A stretch of DNA of 64,000 bases from an uncultured Clostridia bacterium (GCA_963542015.1 CAUTUX010000007.1:3339-67338); one strand, 5' to 3'; counted from the first letter of the stretch, positions 28,731 to 38,153 are shown. Notes: generated from the sequence alone by a model not told the origin. Numbers and translations: made by a program.

Positions 28731-30861
28731 TAAGTTTGATTACTTCAATATGACCACAACTCGTACATTTATTGCGAATCTCATTATCCTTTTTAAGCAT
28801 TTCCATAACCGAACCACACTCTGGGCAAAGATGGTCAGCTGGAATTTTCCATGTTATCAGATCACATGTTTTATTTGTCTGATTATTGTTTTCACATATA
28901 AAAAATGCTTTGCCTTTCTTGCTCATTCTTTTGTATATGTTTCCACCACATTTTGGACACTTACCAACAGTATCAAGTATAGGCTTAGTATTTTTACATT
29001 GAGGATAATTTTGACATGCAAGGAACTTTCCAAATCTTCCAGTTCTTATGAGCATATGGGCACCACATTTCTCACATATCACATCAGAAACTTCAACAGT
29101 TGAAATTCTTTCACCCATATTATTCAAGGCAGAATCAATTGTTTTAACCATGTTGTCATAATATTCTCTTATTACTTGAACCCAACCTTTTTCACCTTCC
29201 GCAATTTTATCAAGAAGCACTTCAAAGTGAGCTGTAAATTTTAAGTCCATCAAATCAACAAATGCCTTTTCGAGATATTTGGTTGTTGCTCTACCAAGAA
29301 CTGTTGGGTATATTATTCTCTTTTCTCTAGTTATATACCCTCTTGAAATAAGAACAGAAATTATTGATGCATATGTGCTTGGTCTTCCAATTCCATTTTC
29401 TTCCATCGCCTTTACCAAGCTAGCATCAGTATATCTCTTTGGTGGTTTTGTGAATTTTTGTTCTGCTTCATATTTAATGTAGTTTAGTATTTCATTTACA
29501 TTAAAATCAGGCGTTGTATTCAGCGTCTCATCTTCTTCATCACTTTCATTTGTATTTGTATATATTGCTGTGTATCCTTTAAATTTGATTGTTTTGCCTT
29601 TTAAAACAAAACCAACTTTGTTGTATGGATTGTCATTTATATCTGAGTCATTATTTGCTGACCCCTTATCTGCATTGATATGAACTGTTAGGGTATCATA
29701 TTCTGCATTACTCATCTGAGATGCCATATACCTTTCATAAATAAGCTTATACAAACGATATATTCTATTGTCGACCTTATTGTATATATCTTGAGGTCTG
29801 ATCTCTAATGTGATAGGTCTTATGGCTTCATGAGCATCCTGTGCATTTGCAGATTTCTTATATTCATTGATTTCATGTGGAACAAATTCAGCACCAAAAT
29901 TTTCTACGATATATTCTCTTGTCTTCTTCTGGAAATCTGGTGATACACGAACTGAGTCCGTTCTCATGTATGTAATCAGAGCATGAAGTCCAAGTCCTTC
30001 AATATCAACACCTTCATAAAGTTTTTGAGCAGTACTCATAACAATCTCAGAAGTCATACCCAATTTATTGTTGGCATCCTGTTGCATTGTTGAAGTTGTG
30101 AATGGTGGTGCTGGTTTGGCAATGAGAACTGACCTTTTAACATCGTCTACTATATATGATGCTACATTAAGATCTTTTATTATTGCATCAGCAACTTCCT
30201 TTGATTCAACTTTTATCTTTTTACCGCTTATATCATTAAATAAAGCCTTAACTTGCTGTGAAGCGTTATTCTTTAAATAAACCGAAATTGTCCAGTATTC
30301 TTTAGGAACAAAGTTCTCAATTTCAATTTCTCTGTCTACTATCATTTTAAGTGCTGGAGACTGAACACGACCAGCAGATTTCGCACTTTGAACAGCTCTT
30401 GAAACAACTGGTGAAATTTTATATCCAACTAATCTATCTAAAACTCGTCTTGCTTGCTGTGCATCAACAAGATTCTTATCAATTTCTCTTGGTTCAAGTA
30501 TTGCATTCTGTACAGCTTTCTTACTAATTTCATTAAATACAATTCGTACTTTCTTGTCGCTATCAATATTAAGCTGATTCATTAAATGCATTGCTATGGC
30601 TTCCCCTTCTCTATCAGGGTCAGTTGCAAGGTATACTTCGTCACATTTTGACATTGTATTTTTTATTGATGCTATAAGCTTCTTCTTATCTTCACTTACA
30701 ATATATTGAGGTTTGAAATCTTGTTTGATATCTATTCCTAAAGTTCTTGTTGGAAGATCGCAAATATGCCCTTTCGATGCAACAACTGTAACCTCATTAC
30801 CTAGATATTTCGCTATTGTTTTTGCTTTCGAAGGAGACTCAACTATTATTAATTTTTTCAT
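28714..30861 (-). CDS. topA: DNA topoisomerase I
   Basis: 715 aa. Toprim MKKLIIVESPSKAKTI, active-site region YMRTDS, and C-terminal CxxC zinc ribbons. Confidence 0.95.
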   Translation of the reverse strand: MKKLIIVESPSKAKTIAKYLGNEVTVVASKGHICDLPTRTLGIDIKQDFKPQYIVSEDKKKLIASIKNTMSKCDEVYLATDPDREGEAIAMHLMNQLNIDSDKKVRIVFNEISKKAVQNAILEPREIDKNLVDAQQARRVLDRLVGYKISPVVSRAVQSAKSAGRVQSPALKMIVDREIEIENFVPKEYWTISVYLKNNASQQVKALFNDISGKKIKVESKEVADAIIKDLNVASYIVDDVKRSVLIAKPAPPFTTSTMQQDANNKLGMTSEIVMSTAQKLYEGVDIEGLGLHALITYMRTDSVRVSPDFQKKTREYIVENFGAEFVPHEINEYKKSANAQDAHEAIRPITLEIRPQDIYNKVDNRIYRLYKLIYERYMASQMSNAEYDTLTVHINADKGSANNDSDINDNPYNKVGFVLKGKTIKFKGYTAIYTNTNESDEEDETLNTTPDFNVNEILNYIKYEAEQKFTKPPKRYTDASLVKAMEENGIGRPSTYASIISVLISRGYITREKRIIYPTVLGRATTKYLEKAFVDLMDLKFTAHFEVLLDKIAEGEKGWVQVIREYYDNMVKTIDSALNNMGERISTVEVSDVICEKCGAHMLIRTGRFGKFLACQNYPQCKNTKPILDTVGKCPKCGGNIYKRMSKKGKAFFICENNNQTNKTCDLITWKIPADHLCPECGSVMEMLKKDNEIRNKCTSCGHIEVIKLNDENN

Positions 30862-30874
30862 ATGGTATCCTTAA

Positions 30875-30894
30875 TTAATGCAAGCTTGCGTTAA
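30875..30894. promoter_or_regulatory. 20-bp near-perfect inverted repeat in the topA leader (operator or 5' hairpin)
   Basis: TTAATGCAAGCTTGCGTTAA. Arms pair 9/10 around the central AGCT. It lies between the predicted -10 (30908..30903) and the topA SD/ATG (30861). Confidence 0.35.
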
Positions 30895-30902
30895 TTTTTG
30901 TT

Positions 30903-30931
30903 AGTTTACTATACGATAAAATGAGTGTCAA
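30903..30931 (-). promoter_or_regulatory. topA promoter TTGACA-17-TAAACT
   Basis: -35 at 30931..30926 and -10 at 30908..30903 on the minus strand. Confidence 0.5.
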
Positions 30932-31091
30932 GCGGATTTTTGAACCTTGAATAACTAAAAATATCATTATTCTTAAAGTTATATAGTAAGGGTAACTATT
31001 GAGATAACAGGTATTCTAATCCATTAAAATTATTATGTCTGTACTGTTTCCTCTATGATAGAAAATAAAATTAAAATTAAATCGTCAATAT

Positions 31092-31120
31092 TTGCATATT
31101 TAATTCAATTTTGATATTAT
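31092..31120 (+). promoter_or_regulatory. promoter of the tRNA-Cys/tRNA-Leu pair: TTGCAT-17-TATTAT
   Basis: -35 at 31092-31097 and -10 at 31115-31120. tRNA-Cys starts at 31133. Confidence 0.55.
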
Positions 31121-31132
31121 TAATGCCGTTGT

Positions 31133-31206
31133 GGCACTATAGCCAAGTGGTAAGGCAAGGGTCTGCAAAATCCTCATCTCCAGTTCAAATCTGGATGGTG
31201 CCTCCA
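31133..31206 (+). tRNA. tRNA-Cys (GCA)
   Basis: Acceptor GGCACTA/TGGTGCC, anticodon loop CTGCAAA, T-loop AGTTCAAATCT, encoded CCA. Confidence 0.9.
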
Positions 31207-31214
31207 AACAACAT

Positions 31215-31301
31215 GCCGCTGTGATGGAATAGGTAGACGTAAGGGACTTAAAATCCCTCGGTGGCAACACCGTGCCAGTTCGAGTCTGGCCAGCGGCACC
31301 A
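31215..31301 (+). tRNA. tRNA-Leu (TAA)
   Basis: 87 nt, type II with a long variable arm. Anticodon loop CTTAAAA, T-loop AGTTCGAGTCT, encoded CCA. Confidence 0.9.
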
Positions 31302-31318
31302 CAAAATGTTGTTATTAA

Positions 31319-33361
31319 CTAAACTTCTTTTGATTCCTTAATAATTTTATCATTTAGATTTTGCGGTACTTCTTCGTATCGTACAAAACGCATTTCAAAA
31401 GATCCTCTACCCTGCGTCATACTTCTTAAATCGGTTGCATATCTAAACATTTCAGCATGAGGAACTTCTATTATTATTTCTTGTTTACCGTTAAGTGACT
31501 GTGTTCCTAATATTCTTCCTCTACGCTTATTTATGTCTCCCAAGATTGTTCCTAAGAAATCATCAGGAACTGTTATCTTAGCTTCCATTATTGGTTCAAG
31601 GAAGCATGGAGATGCTTTAACACAAGCTTCTTGATATGCAAGCTTTGCAGCACTTATAAAGGCAACTTCTTTACTATCTACTGGATGTTCTTTCCCATCA
31701 AATAATGTAGCTTTTATATTGATCATTGGATACCCCGCAAGAACACCCTTCTTTATTGCCTCTCTCAATCCTTTTTCTGTTGCTGCAACAAATGGTTTTG
31801 ATACTGCTCCGCCCACAATTTTATCGACAAATTCAAATTCTCCATCCGCCGCACCTGGTTCAAATTTAATTTGTACGACTCCATACTGTCCAGCACCACC
31901 AGATTGTTTTTTATGTTTACCTTCTGCAGATACTTCTTTACGTATAGTTTCTCTATATGCAACTTTTGGCAATTCATACTGTATTGCAATATTGCTCTTC
32001 TTTTTTACTCTGTTACACATTATATCAAGTTGTGTTTCTCCAAGACCGCTAATTAAAACTTGCCCAGTGTCGTTATTCTTTTCAACTTTAAATGTTGGAT
32101 CCTCTTCTTGCATTTTAATTAACATCTGTATGCCCTTCTCTTCATCTTTAGTTGCAGATACCGCATATGAAATTACAGGTTTTGGGAATGTTATTGGTGG
32201 AATAAGGACAGGATGTTTTGGATCACACAAAGTATCATTAAGTTTTGTATGGGCAAGTTTTGCCAAAGCTCCAATGTCGCCAGCCATTAACTCATCAACA
32301 ACTTCTTGTTTTTTCCCTTTTAAAATGTATAAAGTGCCAACTTTTTCTGTGGCATTATTTTTACTTGCGTTTATTACAGTGTCTCCACTTTTAATTTTTC
32401 CAGAAAGAACTTTAAATATGAGGAGATTGCCTACATAAGGATCCACCACAGATTTAAACACATGTCCAACAAATGGATTTGTTGCTACACATGGAATCTC
32501 AACACCTTCAACTGTCATAACAGGTGGGGTCTTCATACTTGCTGGTGGCAATATGTCCACTATTCTATCTAATAACCGATTAATTGAAATTAATTTAAGT
32601 GCACTACCAACAAAAATAGGCTTAAGTGTTTTTGCTATTATGCTCTTTCTCATTCCAAAATCTAATTCTTCATTTGTGAATGCTTCTCCAGCAAAATATT
32701 TTTCCATCATCTCTTCAGTTGTTTCAGCAACACATTCAGTTATCTTTGTACGATATTTTTTAGACATTTCTTTAAGTTCATTTGGAACTTCAATTTCAGT
32801 CTTATCATCATTTGCATATCCTTTATCCGCTATGATGTTGTAATATCCAATCATTTCTCCATTTTTTATGATTGGAAGTTCAACTGGAACTGTGTTTTTA
32901 TATTTCGACATAATGTCATCAACTGTATTGAAATAATCTGCATTTTCTTTATCTATACCATTCACGAAAACTACAACTGGTAAATTCCTTTTTTTACATA
33001 ACGATAAAGACTTGTCAGTCCCTACACTCATCGAACCTGATGCGGATGTAACTACGATTGCACTACCAGCTACAGTGAGTGCAGAATATACTTCACCCTC
33101 AAAATCAAAGAAGCCTGGAGTATCGATTATATTGATTTTTGTTCCTTTGTGTATTGCATAACCAATCGATAGGTTAATTGAAATTTTACGTTTAATTTCT
33201 TCGTCATCATAATCAAGATGGGCATTACCATCATCAACCTTACCAAACCTTTCAATGCTGCCAGCGGTATACATCATTGCTTCTGCAAGCGATGTTTTAC
33301 CTTCTCCAGAATGTCCAATCAAAGCAATGTTTCTAATATTTTCAGTCTTAAAAATTTCCAT
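31319..33361 (-). CDS. elongation factor G paralogue (EF-G2-like; degenerate GTPase motifs)
   Basis: 680 aa from ATG 33361 (SD GAGGGG). The track start at 33376 is a TTG. G1 GHSGEGKTS; G3 reads DTPGFFDF instead of DTPGHVDF; G4 reads NGID instead of NKxD. EF-G domains II-V are recognisable (e.g. YRETI, GAGQYG). Confidence 0.8.
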   Translation of the reverse strand: MEIFKTENIRNIALIGHSGEGKTSLAEAMMYTAGSIERFGKVDDGNAHLDYDDEEIKRKISINLSIGYAIHKGTKINIIDTPGFFDFEGEVYSALTVAGSAIVVTSASGSMSVGTDKSLSLCKKRNLPVVVFVNGIDKENADYFNTVDDIMSKYKNTVPVELPIIKNGEMIGYYNIIADKGYANDDKTEIEVPNELKEMSKKYRTKITECVAETTEEMMEKYFAGEAFTNEELDFGMRKSIIAKTLKPIFVGSALKLISINRLLDRIVDILPPASMKTPPVMTVEGVEIPCVATNPFVGHVFKSVVDPYVGNLLIFKVLSGKIKSGDTVINASKNNATEKVGTLYILKGKKQEVVDELMAGDIGALAKLAHTKLNDTLCDPKHPVLIPPITFPKPVISYAVSATKDEEKGIQMLIKMQEEDPTFKVEKNNDTGQVLISGLGETQLDIMCNRVKKKSNIAIQYELPKVAYRETIRKEVSAEGKHKKQSGGAGQYGVVQIKFEPGAADGEFEFVDKIVGGAVSKPFVAATEKGLREAIKKGVLAGYPMINIKATLFDGKEHPVDSKEVAFISAAKLAYQEACVKASPCFLEPIMEAKITVPDDFLGTILGDINKRRGRILGTQSLNGKQEIIIEVPHAEMFRYATDLRSMTQGRGSFEMRFVRYEEVPQNLNDKIIKESKEV

Positions 33362-33538
33362 TTTATTTCCCCTCAAACAAATATAAATAATTATAAAATA
33401 ACGACATTACCCATTCAATATTGCTATTTTTCTCAATTTGCTGTATCATTTATTTACTCAATTTTGCGAATTAATAATTCAAAAAAAGATAAATTCAACA
33501 AAACAAATGAAAATTTAATTATTATTCAAGAGGTATTT

Positions 33539-35080
33539 ATGTCAAATGATGCTAATGTTGCAACCGCTTTATCTAATATAGCTGCTTTATTGTCATACGC
33601 TGAAAAAAAATTATACATGCCATTCGCAGATAAGGTTTACATACAAAATCAAATTTTTGATTTACTAAAAATTGAAGGTATGTTGCCATCTGAATTTGAA
33701 GAAAAGGATGTTTATCAAATAACCACTGAACTATTTGCGTTTGCTGTTTCAAAAGGAATTTATGAATTGGCAGATCAAGGATTATTTTTATCTAAAATTT
33801 GCGGAATGATTACTCCTATGCCCTCAAAGATTATAGAGATATTTGATGATATTGCTGCAACATCTAATTCCGAAAAAGCATGCAAATTTCTATATGAACT
33901 ATCGCAGAACAATACATATTTAAATATGCCTAAAATTAATAGGAATATTGTGTGGGAGTATAAAAATGATGTTGGAAATATACTTATTTCCATAAATCTT
34001 GCTAAACCAGAAAAGACCCCAGCTGAAGTAGCTAGAGCAAAATTAATCACATCGTCATACCCACTCTGTCCTCTTTGCTATGAAAATCTTGGTTTCGCAG
34101 GAAATAGTGCAAAACCTGGAAGACAAAATTTGAGATCTATTCCAATTTTTCTAAATGACGAAGAATGGCTCTTCCAATATTCGCCATATGTATATTTCAC
34201 TGAACATTTAATAGCATTTTCAAAAGAACATCGTCCTATGAATATAGACAAAACTACATTTCTTAGGTTACTAGATTTCGTTAAACTATTTCCACATTAT
34301 TTCATTGGATCAAATGCAGCGTTGCCTATTGTTGGAGGCTCTATATTGGCACACGAACATTATCAAGGAGGTGCCAAAGTTTTACCTATTTTTAAGCAAA
34401 AAGGGAAAAACTTCTTTACATCTTCAAAGTATCCAAATGTTAACATCTCTATTGTTAATTGGCACAATTCGGTTATACGCTTATCAAGCAAAGATACTGC
34501 ACAACTTCTTTCAGCTGTTGAAGATTTCTATACTGCTTGGAATGATTATAAGAATGAAGAACTTGAAATAATCCCATTTACAATGAATGATGACGAAAAG
34601 GTACCTCACAATGCGGTTAACCCTATATGCTTAAAAAATGATGATGATGAATATGAGTTCTTATTAATCTTAAGAAATAACAGAACAAATGATAAGTATA
34701 AATTTGGAATATTCCATCCGCACGAATCCCTTCACAATATCAAACAAGAGGCTATTGGACTTATAGAGGCTCAAGGATTATTTATATTGCCTGGAAGACT
34801 TAACTTTGAGCTTAATGAAATAAAAGATCTACTCACTTCGTCTAAAAAACTAGATTTCAAAAAATTGGCTGATGAAAAGGATCCACTACATAAGCATTTG
34901 TCTGTAATAGCTCAACTCGCTCAAAATCACGGCACACAATTAAGTACTGAAGAAGCTGGTGAAATTATTACCAACTATGTGAACGAAGCATGTAAAAAGA
35001 TTCTTGAAACAACTGCTGTGTTTAAGAAAGATGAAAAATCACAAAGTGAATTTGTTAAGTTTATAGAAAGTGTAATCTAA
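33539..35080 (+). CDS. galT: UDP-glucose--hexose-1-phosphate uridylyltransferase, type 2 (long Firmicutes form)
   Basis: 513 aa from ATG 33539, with AAGAGG 5 nt upstream. LAHEHYQGG histidine motif. The upstream in-frame part of the 620-aa track ORF overlaps the EF-G-like gene and is rejected. Confidence 0.85.
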   Translation: MSNDANVATALSNIAALLSYAEKKLYMPFADKVYIQNQIFDLLKIEGMLPSEFEEKDVYQITTELFAFAVSKGIYELADQGLFLSKICGMITPMPSKIIEIFDDIAATSNSEKACKFLYELSQNNTYLNMPKINRNIVWEYKNDVGNILISINLAKPEKTPAEVARAKLITSSYPLCPLCYENLGFAGNSAKPGRQNLRSIPIFLNDEEWLFQYSPYVYFTEHLIAFSKEHRPMNIDKTTFLRLLDFVKLFPHYFIGSNAALPIVGGSILAHEHYQGGAKVLPIFKQKGKNFFTSSKYPNVNISIVNWHNSVIRLSSKDTAQLLSAVEDFYTAWNDYKNEELEIIPFTMNDDEKVPHNAVNPICLKNDDDEYEFLLILRNNRTNDKYKFGIFHPHESLHNIKQEAIGLIEAQGLFILPGRLNFELNEIKDLLTSSKKLDFKKLADEKDPLHKHLSVIAQLAQNHGTQLSTEEAGEIITNYVNEACKKILETTAVFKKDEKSQSEFVKFIESVI

Positions 35081-35326
35081 AATAAAAATTTAATTTTAGA
35101 CTACTAGGAACTAAAGTGATAAAAAAATGAGTTTTTTAAACTCTATCGTTAATTATTTTAGTTTGATCAGTAATAAATTTCTTTTGCTTTATCTACAATA
35201 TTTCTCATCTCTATCGATCTCATCTTGGAAACTGAAATTAACACCACATTTTGGGGTTATCGCCAGATAATCTGGTGTTATATTATGTAAAACAGTATAT
35301 CTAATCCGCTAAATGTACTTTTGGTT

Positions 35327-35914
35327 TTACATCTCATATCTGTTAGCAAATGAGCGTGTTAATGTGCCTTGATCCGCATATTCAACTGAAGCTCCTTCGG
35401 GGAGTCCCCTTGCAATTCTTGTAACTTTGATACCGTATGGCTTAATTAAACTACTTAAATAGGATGCAGTTGCTTCCCCCGCCCTATCTGTATCTGTTGC
35501 GATTACAACTTCTTCAACATCTTTAAGTCGAGCAATAAGCTCCTTAATTCTAATATCATTAGGTCCTACATCAAGCATAGGGTTTAAAACACCATTAAGC
35601 ACATGATATACACCTTTGAAATTTCTTAATTTTTCAATTGCTGTTATATCTTTGGGTTCAGTTACAACGCAAATAACTTTATGGTCTCTTGTTGAACATA
35701 TTTCACAAACTTCATCTTCGCAATAATTTCCGCAAATCTTACAAAACTTTACTTTTTCACGGACATCTTTAATTGCATTAATTAAGTCATCAACATATTC
35801 GGATTTTGCCTTAAGAATATAATATGCATAACGTAAAGCTGTTTTTTCGCCAACAGATGGTAGCTTGCTCAAATTGGCAGCTAACTTCGCAATTGAATCA
35901 ACATGTTCTGTCAT
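35327..35914 (-). CDS. recR: recombination protein RecR
   Basis: 195 aa. HhH LPSVGEKTALR, Cys4 CKICGNYCEDEVCEIC, Toprim domain. Confidence 0.95.
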   Translation of the reverse strand: MTEHVDSIAKLAANLSKLPSVGEKTALRYAYYILKAKSEYVDDLINAIKDVREKVKFCKICGNYCEDEVCEICSTRDHKVICVVTEPKDITAIEKLRNFKGVYHVLNGVLNPMLDVGPNDIRIKELIARLKDVEEVVIATDTDRAGEATASYLSSLIKPYGIKVTRIARGLPEGASVEYADQGTLTRSFANRYEM

Positions 35915-36241
35915 TTAGAGTAAACCCTTTGCACCACCAAGAGGTCCTAATGTTTTTTGTGAGAGTTCTTCGGCTTTTACTTGTGCATCATTTATTGCTG
36001 CCAGAATCATGTCCTCCAACATCTCAACATCATCTTTATCAACTATTTCAGGTTTGATTTTTACTCCAACAATAGTTTTATTACCTTTCATTGTTACTTC
36101 AACCAATCCACCAGATGCTGACCCTACAACTTCCTCTTCTGCTAATTTCTCTTGAGCTTCTGTAAAGAGTTTTTGCATTTGCTGTGCTTGTTTCATTAGG
36201 TTAGCCATGTTTCCACCGCCACCAAATCCATTAAATCCCAT
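35915..36241 (-). CDS. ybaB: nucleoid-associated protein YbaB/EbfC
   Basis: 108 aa. NMANLMKQAQQMQ motif. Conserved dnaX-ybaB-recR order. Confidence 0.9.
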   Translation of the reverse strand: MGFNGFGGGGNMANLMKQAQQMQKLFTEAQEKLAEEEVVGSASGGLVEVTMKGNKTIVGVKIKPEIVDKDDVEMLEDMILAAINDAQVKAEELSQKTLGPLGGAKGLL

Positions 36242-36250
36242 TTTATCCTC

Positions 36251-37669
36251 CTAGTATACCTTTAATGTATCTCCAAATAATTCTATAAATTTCCTTATAT
36301 TTTTATTTTCTATTGAAGCTACATGCTCCAATTCAACATTTAACTTAACTTTTTTCTCGTTCAATATATTATTAATTATTTTTACTCCGCCTTTCGTTTT
36401 AAATAAATCTAAAAGATTGGCATCCTCACTTGACAGAATGATTTTATCATTTTCTACCCTCATTTCAAATTGAATAAAGATTCCCGCCAAAGCCGGACTT
36501 TCATCCGACATTTTTCTATATATTAAACTGTGGTCAAGTTTTGTATTTAATTCCTCTATCTTTTTTTTTTGCACCAGTGCTTCTAATTCGTGCAGTGGTG
36601 ATGAACACAATATTATTTTACTTTCCAGCAACATTTTTTGTTGCGTTGAGTATCGCATTCGACCTTCAAGCTCAACAAATTCTTCCATGCACAATCTCAA
36701 CTGATTTACTGGTATATCTCGAGTGATCTGCTTTACCCTCTCAAGAATGCTTTTAGGAAGGTTTAAATAGATATTCGCATTATCAGATGCTTTTAGAAAT
36801 ATTGCGTTTCTTAATACCGTAGATATTTCTCTTGATATAATACTTGGATTCTTGCCTGAAATTAGTAGCTGGTTACAATCACTTAATGCTTCACCCATGT
36901 TTCCTTTAAGCATATTTTCAACTATATCAATTATCTCATTAGGATTTGATGCACCTATGCACTTTAAAACTCCATTGTATGTTAAATAATTATCCAAGTA
37001 GCTTAAACATGTATCGGTTATGGATAATGCATCTCTAACACTGCCTTGACCTGTTTCTGCTAATACTTCTATAGCTTCTTTTTCATATTTTACCTTTAAA
37101 TCATCAAGTATATATTTAATCCTTCCAGCAATTATTTCTTTTGGCACTAAATTAAAATCGAGTCTCATACATCTTGATAAGATTGTTGCCGGAATTTGAT
37201 GTATTTCTGTTGTTGCCAAAATAAATATTGCATGTTCTGGTGGTTCTTCTAATGTCTTCAGAAATGCATTAAAAGCACTTTTTGACAACATGTGAACTTC
37301 ATCAATTATATATACTCTATATTTGCCTTTTGTTGGCATTAAATGAATATTGCTAATAATTTCTTTAATTTGTTCAACTGAATTATTTGATGCAGCATCA
37401 AACTCAACAACAGACATTGAATTTGTATCACTACAACAATCGCAAGTGTTACATGGGGAATAATCCTTTGGATTAAGACAGTTTACAGCCTTAGCAAATA
37501 TCTTCGCTACTGTTGTCTTTCCAGTTCCTCTTGTACCTGTGAAAATATAAGCATGACTCAACTGATTGTTTTTCAACTGATTCTTTAGAATAGTTATTAC
37601 CTGTTCTTGCCCTACAACATCATCAAATGTCTTTGGTCTGTATTTTCTATAAATTGCGTTATATCCCAC
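36251..37669 (-). CDS. dnaX: DNA polymerase III subunit tau/gamma (short, 472 aa)
   Basis: YRPKTFDDVVGQE, Walker A GTRGTGKTT, a Cys zinc module CNTCDCC, and DEVHML. Confidence 0.9.
   Translation of the reverse strand: MGYNAIYRKYRPKTFDDVVGQEQVITILKNQLKNNQLSHAYIFTGTRGTGKTTVAKIFAKAVNCLNPKDYSPCNTCDCCSDTNSMSVVEFDAASNNSVEQIKEIISNIHLMPTKGKYRVYIIDEVHMLSKSAFNAFLKTLEEPPEHAIFILATTEIHQIPATILSRCMRLDFNLVPKEIIAGRIKYILDDLKVKYEKEAIEVLAETGQGSVRDALSITDTCLSYLDNYLTYNGVLKCIGASNPNEIIDIVENMLKGNMGEALSDCNQLLISGKNPSIISREISTVLRNAIFLKASDNANIYLNLPKSILERVKQITRDIPVNQLRLCMEEFVELEGRMRYSTQQKMLLESKIILCSSPLHELEALVQKKKIEELNTKLDHSLIYRKMSDESPALAGIFIQFEMRVENDKIILSSEDANLLDLFKTKGGVKIINNILNEKKVKLNVELEHVASIENKNIRKFIELFGDTLKVY
36561..36570 (-). 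repeat. A10 run (CAA AAA AAA AAG) inside dnaX containing the in-frame slippery heptamer A AAA AAG
   Basis: Plus strand reads c-T10-g. On the coding strand it reads ...CTG GTG CAA AAA AAA AAG ATA GAG..., encoding Q-K-K-K at about residues 367-370. It is the longest coding homopolymer I noticed in the window. Confidence 0.9.
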
Positions 37670-38137
37670 TTATTCCTCAGCTTGATATCTATATACATTT
37701 ATTTTTGCTTCTTTAAGAAGCTCCTGTGCAAAAGCATCAGGGTAATCATATTTATAAATTATATCACTTATTCCACTATTTATAATAATTTTCGTACATA
37801 TTGTACATGGCTGATGGGTACAATATAATGTTGCTCCTTTTAAAGAAACTCCCATTTTTGCTGCTTGCACGATTGCATTCTGTTCAGCGTGTACGGCATA
37901 ACATTTTTCATGCTGTGTGCCTGAAGGAATACCAAGTTTGTCTCTCATGCAATAGCCCTTATCCTTACATGACCGAATATTCTCTGGTGCTCCATTATAT
38001 CCTGTTGTTAGAATTCTTTTGTCCCTAACGACTACAGCCCCAACATTTCTTCCAGCACGAGCACAACTCGACCATGTAGAAACGAATTCAGCCATTTCCA
38101 TAAATCTTTTGTCCCACTTATCAAAAATTTTTCCCAT
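37670..38137 (-). CDS. comEB: dCMP deaminase (ComEB family)
   Basis: 155 aa. Zinc motifs HAEQNAI and PCTICTK. Confidence 0.85.
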   Translation of the reverse strand: MGKIFDKWDKRFMEMAEFVSTWSSCARAGRNVGAVVVRDKRILTTGYNGAPENIRSCKDKGYCMRDKLGIPSGTQHEKCYAVHAEQNAIVQAAKMGVSLKGATLYCTHQPCTICTKIIINSGISDIIYKYDYPDAFAQELLKEAKINVYRYQAEE

Positions 38138-38153
38138 ATATGTTTTTCTCTTT

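Noticed and set aside
31719-32438. 239-aa ORF on the plus strand, plus the smaller ORFs at 31765-31989 and 31871-32056, inside the EF-G-like gene
   Set aside because: It lies entirely antisense to a CDS with strong family motifs. The product is low-complexity (Ser/Pro/Cys/Phe-rich) with no SD or promoter. This is a typical shadow ORF created by the codon periodicity of the real gene.
33218-33538. 5' extension of the galT ORF (the track gives a 620-aa protein starting at 33218)
   Set aside because: The extension overlaps the 5' end and promoter region of the divergent EF-G-like gene and is hydrophobic nonsense. The internal ATG at 33539 has an AAGAGG SD at ideal spacing and yields the normal roughly 510-aa type 2 GalT.
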